DNA of 64,000 bases from Sphyrna mokarran (Eukaryota), in contig JAGIQG010000011.1 in NCBI GenBank assembly GCA_024679065.1, positions 43,710,001 to 43,774,000 on the forward strand. Reading direction: 5' to 3'. Positions 1-11,500 of this stretch are shown in pieces. Position 1 is the stretch's first letter. The number at the start of each line of letters is the position of its first letter. The translations under genes and the position numbers were made by a program. The notes under the pieces were generated by a model, which made no database searches, was not told where the DNA came from, and worked only from the letters and a program-made list of their open reading frames with translations.

Positions 1-144
1 AACATTTTCAGGATAATGAGATGAGAGCAGAGGGAAATTCTGTATATTAAACACGAAACAGAAAATCCAGAAAATTCAATGGTTACAACATACATTTGAA
101 GTTTTTGTGAAGTGCATTTTAAGCAGAATAAACTTCAAAAGTTT

Positions 145-410
145 TTTTATTCATTCGTGGGGCATCGCTAACTTGCCAGCATTTATTGGCCATCCCTAGC
201 TCCCTTGTTCAGAGGGCAGTTGAGAGTCAACCACATTGCTGTGGCTTTAGAATTACATGTAGACCAGACCAGTAAGGATGGCAGATTTCCTTCCCTAAAG
301 GACATTAGTGAACCAGATGGGGTTTTCCAATAATCCATAGTGGTTTCATGATCATCACGTAAGTAAGATTCTTACTACCAGATATTTTTATTGAATTCAA
401 ATTCTACCAA
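145..410 (-). mobile_element. tRNA-headed shark SINE, second family (related copies ~10650-10995 -, ~25565-25975 +, ~44880-45100 +, ~55060-55385 -)
   Basis: Recurrent block agtcaaccacattgctgtgg...agatttccttccctaaaggacattagtgaaccagatgg found five times; the + copy near 25565 starts with a tRNA-like head. Confidence 0.75.
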
Positions 411-519
411 CTACTGAACTTTGAAAGTGAGTAGAATTCCCTATTTGATTAACTTGCAGAGTAAAAACTAAAAAAAGTTTATTTTTTCTCCAGATTTTTT
501 AATATTTCATGGAATGAGA

Positions 520-975
520 GTATTGCTGGCTAAGTTAGCATTTGTTGTTGATTCCCCAATGACCTTTAAAAAGTGAGCCCTTCTTGAAAGGCTACAGTCT
601 GTCTGCAGGCATACCACATGTATTGTTAGGGAGGGAGTTCAGGGATTTCATGGGTGACACTGATGGAATAACATAAGCAGTTCCAAGTCAGGATGGTATG
701 TGGCTTGGAGGGGAACTTGCAAGTGGTGTTCCGAGGTGTCTGCTGTCCTTCCAGGTAGTAGAGTTTACAAATTTGGAAAGTGCCGTTGAAGGCTTGTGAG
801 TTGCTGCAGTGCATCTAGATACATTACAGACTTCAGCCACTGTGCTTTGGTGTTGGAGATAGTGAATGTTCCTGTTACTGTGATCCAGATGGTTGAGTTT
901 CTTGAATGTTATTGGAATGGCACTCATCCAGACAAGTGGGAGAGTATTCCATCAGAGATTTGTGCCTTGTGATTA
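520..975 (-). mobile_element. LINE 3' fragment whose tail resembles that of the second SINE family
   Basis: Begins with gcatttgttgttgattcccc (as in the SINE tail) and continues into decayed RT C-terminal-like sequence; clade not resolved. Confidence 0.5.
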
Positions 976-1652
976 AACTTTGAAGAGACTAGAAGGCCTT
1001 GATTTTTGCCATATGGAGAACTTGGGTATGAATAGGCCCAGGTTGGGATTTGCACATGGGCATTTTGCAGGTACATATAAATCAGCTGCCTCACTCATGT
1101 GATTTTGGTGAGAGGTGTCTGAAACCCAACGTGTGCAAATTATACCTGGTAAGAGCAAGTCTGTACTCTGTGGATTTGTTTGTACAACCAGGATACTATT
1201 TTGGAGAGACGAGATACCCCTTTGGATGTGGTCCTGGGACCTGTTGGGGGAAGTCAGATGCCTTTTGGAAGAGGTCAGATCCACCTGTGGGCGATTAGTT
1301 GCCTTTTAGGAGAGGTGAAGTGCTATTTGGAAAAGGCTCTGTGTCAAAATTGAACCCTAGTGGTTTAATATCCTTAAAGAGCTTAAGAGTGTTGAGGAGC
1401 ATGGTGGATTGGTTGTATGGTACTAGTGCTGTGTGTGACTTATGTTTTTTCTTATGATCTTTTAATTTATAATGGTGGTATATACTATCTGGTGTCCTTT
1501 ACTCTTGTCATGGTTAATACGCGTAGCACCACAAGGGGGTGGGGGTTGATTCCGTGTAGAGGTTGACAGTATAATCCAAAAGATCTTCACAGTTAATCAG
1601 GAAAGCCTTCTTAGAGCTATATGTGTTGCATAGCTTTTTTCTGTATTGTCAT
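970..1652 (-). pseudogene. Putative decayed endogenous hepadnavirus-like element (core gene + start of polymerase TP)
   Basis: Frameshifted minus-strand translation gives MTIQKKAMQHI/YSSKKAFLINCEDLLDYTVNLYTE...HTALVPYNQSTML...GFNFDTEPFPNSTSPLL, then DLYVPAKCPCANP in a second frame; resembles DHBV/HBV core and TP by eye only. Confidence 0.4.
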
Positions 1653-2399
1653 TTTGGGGACAAAGAATCTCTGATGGACTCCTGTAAAAGGGACAGACAG
1701 AGCACATACTCTGGGAAAAGACATTGGCCAAAATTCTCCCATCCCCTGCTGCAGTGTGTTGAGCTTGGGCAAGAATTTCCAGTGTTGGGGCACGTGCAGC
1801 TGCAGAAATCCATCCATTCTTTTGTATCAGTAACACTCCTGGTGCAACTGGAGATGGAGGAGTACGCTTCGGTATATCCCTAAGCACGGCAAGAGAATCT
1901 TCAGCCGACCGGTCTTTTCTATGTCAGTGTCAATATCCTACATTCTCCTTGGCTGAATATGCATTTGCAGCAGCCACTTTGAAAATCCTGGAAGTTATGT
2001 GGCTCTATTCTGTAAGCTAAGGCTTGCACCATTATGCCATGTAAACATGGCTTTATCTTGTTATCCTGTTTTTTGCCCATCTATAAAACGTCCTTTCAAT
2101 GTTTGTATCATTGGAGGTGCTGTTTGTAATGAATACTAAATAATCCAAACCAACTGCATTGGTGCTCTCTTGTCTCTTTCTGTATACACATGTGAAAAAA
2201 TTATTATGTTATATCATACTAATCCTTGGGCATTCATTGCATTTTTGCAAAATTGGAAGATATCTTCAATAGAAATATAGAAAAAAAACTTACGTTGTAG
2301 GGAAGAAAGACATATTAGTTTTGTTTTACATCTGATTGTCTCTATCAGCAGTATTACTATTGTATAATTGGCTAAATTGTGTATTTTTTCTTTAATTAG

Positions 2400-2573
2400 T
2401 TAATTGATTACCGTAGCAAATTCAGTAGATGGTGGATCAAAGAAATGAGAACCATCAAATTTCCATCCCAAGGGACAGTCTTTGATTATTATGTTGACTT
2501 TAACACTAAGAAGTTTATGCCATGGACAGAAAATATCCCAAAATTTGAAATGGAACCAAATGCCCCTCTACAG
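2400..2573 (+). CDS. DNAH11: Dynein heavy chain exon: [31 protein letters not shown]...EPNAPLQ
   Basis: ttaattag acceptor, CAG|gtaggt donor; [12 protein letters not shown] motif; phase 0-0. Not in the ORF track. Confidence 0.95.
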
Positions 2574-5500
2574 GTAGGTACTTTCAGAGCGAATTGAATA
2601 TTAGGTTTGAAGATGGAAAGACATCCATACAGTATGAAGCATTTATTTAGTTGTTTCAAATAGGAATTAGCCATTGTATGACTGGCTTTTAGCCAACTAA
2701 ATGTCAGCTTATTACATGTTGCTTTTCTTTGAGGTAGGACATGGAATTCAGTAGAACAAAGTACGGTTACATAAAAAGTCAAGGTTGATGGTGACTTGAA
2801 TTGGCATTGATATGGCCCTTTCAAATCCCAGTTGTACATTTAAATTTTAATGTTTCCATCATTTGTTCCTAAGTGTGAATTAACAGCCTTGATCTTTCTC
2901 TTAAGTTTCTTTTCTAAGAAAGGATTCAAATTTAATTCAACACTGGAGATTTACTGCTTTTCTATATNNNNNNNNNNNNNNNNNNNNNNNNNNNNNNNNN
3001 NNNNNNNNNNNNNNNNNNNNNNNNNNNNNNNNNNNNNNNNNNNNNNNNNNNNNNNNNNNNNNNNNNNNNNNNNNNNNNNNNNNNNNNNNNNNNNNNNNNN
3101 NNNNNNNGCTTGCTGTTAGAACTTGATTTGTGACTGTCCATGATGTGTGATTAATGATGTGATCAATGCTTACCTCTGTGCAAGGCTTCATTGCTAACGC
3201 TCTTCATTAGAATAAATAAAAGGCAGCAATTTAAAAAAAAACTTTAAAATATAAAATAGCATTTATTCCCATTACAGATTAACTTTCTTAGCAATGCCTT
3301 CAGAATGTCCACCCACATTGCATTACTCCTAATTATGAACTTTGCAGCCACTTGTGTTGCTTCAACTAGCCTTTATAATCATCATTACAGAGATTGAGAG
3401 AGTGAAAAAATGTTGGAATGGCAAGGGACAGGCTGCATTGCTGGTGCTAGGACACTATTCAACAACCATTGATTATATTTAATTGGACAAAAATAAATGG
3501 AATTGAATCAGTTTTGAAATAGCTTCCAGATAAACTGTGTAAATTACTCGATAAACTCCACAGTAAATTATATTTTGCCTAATCATACATTATTGGCAGA
3601 AGCATATCATTCTGAACCCAACTATTTGATATGATTATTATTGTCTTTTTATTCTGTAAAGTAAATAAATAGGTCTGAATTTTCCAGTCATTCAAACCAG
3701 CGGGATCTTCCAGTCCAATGACGCACTTCCACCACATTTTTTGGTGGTGAGAGATGCATTCAACAGGATACCCCACTGACAGCGACAGGATCAGAAGCTT
3801 CTGCCGCCAGCCAACGACAGGCCGCTTCTGCCACCGCAAAATACATAACAGGCTGCACAGAAAATTCTAACTTTCAAACTTAATATTTAAACCCATTCTG
3901 CTTAAAGTGCACTTTGCAAAAAATAATCTTAAAAATGTTCTGTTCCACTATCAAAATCATATATTATCAAGATTTTGTCTTTAATGTACATCATTCCACT
4001 ATCAGCACATTACTCAGCAAATGTTCCGAAATAAAACAGCACTTTTATTTTGATTTCTTAAAGAAACGTTGAAGCTGATTCATATGTGCTTAAAATGGTT
4101 TAACCTGTCACATTTTACTAAAATCAAACATAATGAACTTTCTTTATCAAGTAAAATCTGCTATACCATGACTTCTAATGTAACATTCATTCTTTTATAG
4201 TTCCTGTATTCATAAAGAACTCATAAAAATATTGACTAATACCTTTTTGAATTGTTCTGATTTCAAAGTTCTTAATGGAAATAATTTAGGAATTTGGAGT
4301 TGCTAAATTGGATTGTTAGCTCTCACCTCCAAGTTTGTGGATTCAGGATCCACAGAAGACTAGATAACATAATCTAGGCTGACACTCTATTGCTGTACGG
4401 AGGAAAGAATGCATTGTCTGAGATGCCACCTTTTGTGTGAGATTTTAAACTGAAACAGTGCCTGCTTGTTCCAGGTGGAAGCAAAAGATCTTATGCTACT
4501 AAAGTACTAAAAGAAAAGTAACAATTTTTACTGATATCCTTAATCAAAATCAATCAAATGATCAACTGACTATTTACTTAATTTATCACATATGGGACCG
4601 TGAATGCAGATGGGCTGTTTTGTTTGCTTATAAAATAATACTTATCAAATGTGGTGTTTTGGGACATTTTGAGGATATGAAAGATGTTTTCTAAATGCAA
4701 GTGATCTGTTATTAGATAGGAAATATACTTTGTTTCAAGAACTCTTTTACGGTAGCACTTTATAATAACGTCACTGTACCATTTCAGATATATGTTTCTC
4801 TTCCTTTGTAATTAGGATGTGCTAGTCCATACTCAAGAAACTGTTGCTCTGAAGTATTTCATTGATTTACTTGTGCAAAAGGGAAAACCAGTGATGTTGG
4901 TTGGAAATGCAGGTGTCGGAAAGACCATTCTTGTATCTGAAGAAATTTCAAAATTAACCGAGGATTATATTATAACTAAAGTTCCTTTCAACTACTATAC
5001 AACATCTGCCATGCTCCAGAGTAAGTACTTTCTGTCTTCCATTTGTTTTAAAGATAATTCTATCAAATGGCTATACTAACAAAAATATATACTTAGTCTA
5101 TTAGGTTATTGATTTGAATTCCTTAATAGAGCTGACAAATCACATAAAATTAAGATCGAGTATTGCTAGCCTTCCTATGTAACCTGGAATGAAATTGGCA
5201 TGACTGTCTGGCTACTATTCATATCCCAGAGCAAGGCAGAGAGGCATGTGTAGCTTTCAAGTTTTTGATATGCATGATTTCATTGTAGCCATTGTACATG
5301 AATGAGTGTCCATCTGGCAGGTTATTCAAAGTATTTTGCACACATCAATGAGACTGGTCATCTCATTCAATTTTAAAACTTTGTTGGGTGGTAATTCTCG
5401 ATTGTCAGCTGTATTTGAGGCAAAAATGTGACTCAGGCTTGTTCTAGGGTTGGAACAAAGCTTCTTTGTCGTCCTTTTGATGGACAACTCTGTGGCTAGG

Positions 5501-8500
5501 GCAGGTTCCCAATTATAGCATTATATTGGCTCAGTTACCTTCCCGCTTAGGCTTCATCCAGCAAAGGAATTAGGATATTTGATTGTATCACACAACAAGC
5601 AAAGAACTATTTTCAAGATTCCAGTTTTGAAAAAAAGTTTGGAGAAACTAAAGTTGTTGATTTTATGTATGTATTCTGAAGGCTCGCAATGCTCGTAAAT
5701 CCATTTTTATAGCTTTCTGTATTATTTGTAATTGGTTATTTGATAACATTGGTTTCCTTCTGACAGACTAAATATTCAATTCACTAACCAGTAAAAAAGA
5801 TTAACTGATAACTTGAGATGCAGCTTCCGTTGAGCATGGACAATTTGGGCTGAAGGGCCTGTTTCCATGCTGTAAACCTCTATGAGAACTGTTGTCAATG
5901 ATCTTTTTGGTCAATAATTCTCGGTTGATATTGTTTGGTAACAGATAACTAATGATGGAAATTAATTATTTTATTGTAAAGAAAGATTGTACAAATTAGC
6001 GTTGAATCATCTTCTGCTTACAAGTTTGTCAAAATCTTCATCACAGACCACTGTCAATCAAGAATCATTAATCGTACCATGTCAGCCATTTAGAAGGTTC
6101 AAAATTTGTGTGAGGTGGCCAGTTTCAATTCATGCACAATAACCACATTCTGACCATGAATATTAATAACCTCCAGCACTGCACATGCCTCTGCACGAGC
6201 TATTAAAATTAAAACAGCAGTAATTAGTTCCCAGTTTCAGAAAGCAACTAACAATAATTGATCTTCACTCTGTCTATAAAGTTACTATCAAAAAGGAATT
6301 CAAATTTTAATTCAAAAATATATTATTGTCGCAGTCACTTAAATGAAATGTGATTTGATGATTATGCTGCATAAAATTTGCCCATATTTGTTGCTGTAAT
6401 TCCCTGCCAATTTTGCTATGAAACTGGAAGGGGTCATCTACGAAACAGTACACATGCCTTCAGAAAATAATGTTACAGGTGTTAACTTCAGAGTGAAGAG
6501 GCTTGCATGGTATAAGGAAGCAAAATTTAGCTCCTGTTTTGACATGTCGGAGTATTGTGATTATGCATGACAGTAGCCAGTTATTGTTTTCACTTTGGTT
6601 CAGTTCCATTCCTCTCATTTTGGCTGAAACGGAACTAATTTGATATTAACTACTCACTATTTAGAAGAAGTCCATGCACAAGTGCCAGCAGAGATCGGAA
6701 TTCATATTCCAATATTTTATTCATTACTGATTGCATTATTATAATGTATCAACCAGACAAATGGCTGAACTGTCACGGCCATGCAGGCCGGTGACATTTT
6801 CTCATTCTGCTGCAATAAACACAGATTTGGCTGGGCGCCAAATTCTTTGACTTCACTACAGCAGGATTGTGGTGTGAATGGCTGGTAAGATCACATCCGT
6901 AATCTAAAAATCCCATTGTAATTTTATAATTATTTAATTTCTAAGGCATTGAGAGAATGATTTCTCTATCTCATAACTGTTAAATGCACCAAAAATTAAA
7001 TTTGCTTTACTTTTTTGTAGTAACATAAATTATGTTGTGTTCTCTCCCAAGTTCAATAACTACATAGCAATCATTGTAATGCAGCTATTTCTCATGACAG
7101 GAGTTCTTGAGAAATCTTTAGAAAAAAAAGCTGGGAGAAATTATGCTCCTGCAGGCTCAAAAAGGCTCATTTATTTTATTGATGATCTTAACATGCCTGA
7201 AGTGGACACCTATGGTACTGTCCAACCACATACCCTCATCAGACAACATCTAGATTACAGTCATTGGTAAGTTCTCACAGCAAGTGGATTATTTTTGGTG
7301 ATGTTTAATGTTGTGAGTGTTAAAAAAGAAAAGAAATTATGCTAGGACAGAAAAAGTACCTTAAAATAGCCAAACCAGGTTTTTCATACAGAGCATAAGA
7401 TGTGCACACAGACTGTTTGGGTAAAGCAATGCAGTTATACTAATAGCATAGTTTCTATTTTAAGCGATCCAGACTTCTATTTATAATGCAATTTACTTTT
7501 AAGCAAGGATGTTGGAGAATGGAGCTAATGTGCCTGTTGATGATACTATATTGCAAGGACTAGCCAAGTACACCATTGCAAGAATGGTGTCCCGGACAGA
7601 GGAACAAGGCAAACTAAATTTTATTTTTCTTCCCATCTATCTATAAACAAATGTGCTTTAATTTTTTTTAAAGCTAAGATGTGCTTCCTCAAGCCCTCTT
7701 GTTTGATGAAGTCAATTTTAAAGTGACTCACAGCAAATTCTTTGGATTGAATCAGAAGTATTCTCTATTAATACATTCAGACATGAGGAATGGTCATTGC
7801 AACTGCACATGCACACATAAACACGCAAAAAAGAAACAGGAAAGAAGAGTTTTACATCTGGGACTAACTTAAAACAAAGAAACCCAAAGAGATATGGATA
7901 TTAATGAATGTCAGTATACAGTGCGAGTTCCTTCATGTTGGAGTTAAAGTTCAGATGGATTCCAGTAATTGAAAGCAGGAGTTGAAAAATTTCTTTAAAG
8001 TTGGTGATGAAGAAGCAAGATAGGTCTGGCTCAAAAGTTAAAATTCTAAATCGAGGCAAGGCCAATTTTGATAGGACTAGATAGGAGCTTTCAAAAGTTA
8101 ATTGGGGAAGTCTGTTGAAAGGCAAAGAGATGGCTGTTAAGTAGGAGGCTTTCAAAAGTGTGTTAACCTAGGTTCAGGGTAAGCACATTCCTTTTAGAGT
8201 GAAGGGCAAGGCTGGTAGAGTAGGGAATCCTAGACTGTGGATATTGAGGCCCTAGTCAAAAAGGACGCATATGACATGCATAACAAGCTGGGATCAAGTG
8301 GATTCTTTGAAGAGTATAAAAGTTGTCGGAATAGAGTGACGAGAGAAATCAGGGCAAGAAGGGGACATGAGATTGCTTTGTCAGATGAGACAAAGGACAA
8401 TCCAAAGAGCTTCTGTAAATCCATAAAGGACAAAAGGGTAATTAGGGAGAGAGAAAGGCCTCTTAAGAATCAATAAGATCATCAATGTGCAGATCCACAA

Positions 8501-11500
8501 GCGATGGATGAGATCCCAAATGAATATTTCTCATTGGTATTTACTGTTGAGGAAACATGGATGTTAGGGAACTTGGGGAAATAAATAGTGATATCTTGAC
8601 ATATTGCAGAGAAGGATGTGCTAGAAGTCTTAAAGGACACCACGATGGATAAATCCCCAGGACCTGATGAAATGTATTTCAGGATGATGTGGGGGGTTAG
8701 GGAGAATTTGCAGATCCCCTAGCAGAAATGTTTGCATTTTCGACAGCCATAGCTGAGATGCCTGAAGATTAGAGGGTAGTAAATATTGTTCCTTTACTTT
8801 AAGAAAGGCTTCAGGGAAAAGTCTGAGAACTGCAGACTGATAAGCCTAATATCTATAGTAGGTAAATTGTTAGGAGGCATTCTGAGATACAGGATCTACA
8901 GGCATTTAGAGAAGAAAGGACTGATTAGGGACAGTCAGCATGCCTTTGTGAATGGAAAATCATGTCTCACAAATTTGATTGAGTTTTTTGAAGGAGTAAC
9001 CAAGAAAGTAAATGAGGACGGTGCAGTCAGTGTTGTCTGCACAGAGTTTTGCAAGGTCTTTGACAAGGTACCGCATGGTGAGTTGTTATATAAGGTTAAA
9101 TATCACAGGATGAGGTAGCCAGTTGGATACAAAATTAGCTTGACGATAGAAGACAGGGTGGTTGTAGAGGATTATTTTTCAAATTGGGGACTTGTGATCA
9201 GTGATGTGCCTCAGGGATCAGTGCTGGGTCGGCTTTTAGTTGTTATTTATATTAATGATTTTGATGAGAATTTAAGAGACATGATTAGTAAGTTTGCAAA
9301 TGCCACCAAGATTGCAGGCATAGTGGACAATGAAGAAGGTTTTCTAGACTTGCAATGGGGGTGGAATTCACCCAAAACTTCAAAGTGTTGTATTTGTGGG
9401 AAAACTTGAGTAATTCAGTGCGAGTTCAGCCACACTGCTCTTCTGTCCCCATCGATCTCCCATGCAGAGCGATAGCAGGACTCCCCCCAACCCCAACTGA
9501 TTGGCCTCCATGGGCCCTGTCCTGTTGACATTGCCTGATAGGCTTTGTCCTTAATTATTGTTGAAAGTTTACAGGTAGCAGCTACGTTTTGGTCCAGCAA
9601 AGTCAATTTTTAAATAAGCAGAAAGTAAGATTTGATTTAAGCAGTTTATGGTTTCTTTCATTCCTGATGAACATGACAGTAGGCATGAATTCAAATTCAA
9701 GAAATCAAGTAATTAATTCATTTTTAGATCCAGAATTTGCTTTTGCCAAATACTATTACTCATAACTAACGTTTTTATTTGTAAAGTGATCTATCCATAT
9801 GGACTGCTTTGATGTTCCTGAAAATATTGAACCACTTCTGTATACAGCTTTATTACTGACTCTCAAAAGTTTCATAACTATTGAACAACTTGCTAGCTTG
9901 TCAGAAATTAGTTTTTCACAGCTGTATTCCAGTTGGCAAATTTTGTAGACTGTAGCTAAAAATTCACATTAAATGTCACCAGAAACTTTGATAAATCTGT
10001 CAAGTTAACTGCAGGAAGTTAAAAAAAGTACTTAATACTTTTACTTAATAAAAGTACTAAATACAAAATAAAGAATATTAAAGGTAAACTAATATACAGT
10101 TAAGAGGAAAATGTAGGAAAATCTTATTTAAGGTATTAAATGTTAATTGACTCATTTGTTCTCATCATTAGGTATGACAGACAAAAATTAACTCTGAAAG
10201 AGGTTCATAATTGTCAATACATCACTTGTATGAATCCTGCTACAGGCAGCTTTTCTATAAATATGCGCCTTCAGGTAAAAACATTTTGGTTTTTAAGATA
10301 CTTCTGCTCGTATCAGCACATAAGAAAATGTGAGGACAAGATAAAGTGATTTTACCTTTTGCAGTCTAGCCCTTAAGCATTCTGATTAATCCAGTATAAC
10401 ATTCATCTGATTTTTTTACTTGTTCATGGAATTCTTCCCCGCTGCCATCAGACTTTTGAATGGACCTACCTTGCATATTAAATTAATCTTTCTCTACACC
10501 TTCGTTATTACTGTAACTCTATATTTTGCACTCTCTCCTATCATTCTCTATGTATGGTATGGTTTGTATAACGTGCAGGAAACAATACTTTTCACTGTAT
10601 ATTAATACATGTGACAAAAATCAACCAAATCAAATCAGAATAAGGGTGTTGCAGGCTGGGCCAGCACTTATTGCCCATATTCTCAATTGCTGTTGAACTG
10701 AGTGCCAAGGCCATTTCAGAGGGCAGTTAAAAGTCATCACATTGCTGTGGGTCTGGAATTACATGTAGACAAAGTCAGCTAAGGATGGTAGATTTCCTTC
10801 CCTGAAGGACAATAGTGAACCAATTTGGTTTTTATAACAATCAGTAATAGTTTCATGGTCATCATTAAACTTTTAATTTCAGATTTTTACTGATTTCAAA
10901 TTTCAACATCTGCCTTGCTGGAACTCAAACCCTGGTCACCAGAATATTACCCTGTGTGTCTATATTACTAGTCCACCGATAATACTACTATGTTATTGTG
11001 GGGGTTGGGAGTTGAAGTGTGGTTGGAGGGCAAAGGTTTGAATAGTGAAGGGGAGGAGACAGGTCAGGCAAAGGAAGTAGGCTGGAAAGCAAAGGCTTCT
11101 TTACTGGGAGTTGTAGGTGTGTGGCAATGGAATTCAGTAGAATGGATGCACACAGACATGAGGAGGACTGGAGGGATTGGGGGAGATTAGAAAGATACAT
11201 GACTTGGGGGGGATTAGTCATGGTCAGAAACCAATTGTCCAGACGAATAGCTCAAGAGGTTGTTGGGGCCAGAAAGCATAGACAATCATGTTGTTCAATG
11301 CCGCAATTTGGGGAGCTACGCTTGGCATGTCTGAGAGAGGGAAGGACTTTTATTCATGTGCCAGTCATGCCTTGCATAGTGTGCAGAGTATGGTTAGTCC
11401 TGGGCCTTTGTGGCTTGATACTAGGTTCAGATGTCACAATCAGGGAAGGATCTGCAGCCTATAAATGGGAAATAGTTCATGTGGGGATGGTGGGTGTTGG

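Noticed and set aside
1305-1325. Minus-strand gcacttcacctctcc resembles the HBV direct repeat TTCACCTCTGC
   Set aside because: Short, lies inside the putative core coding region rather than at a DR position, and no second copy seen; chance match likely.
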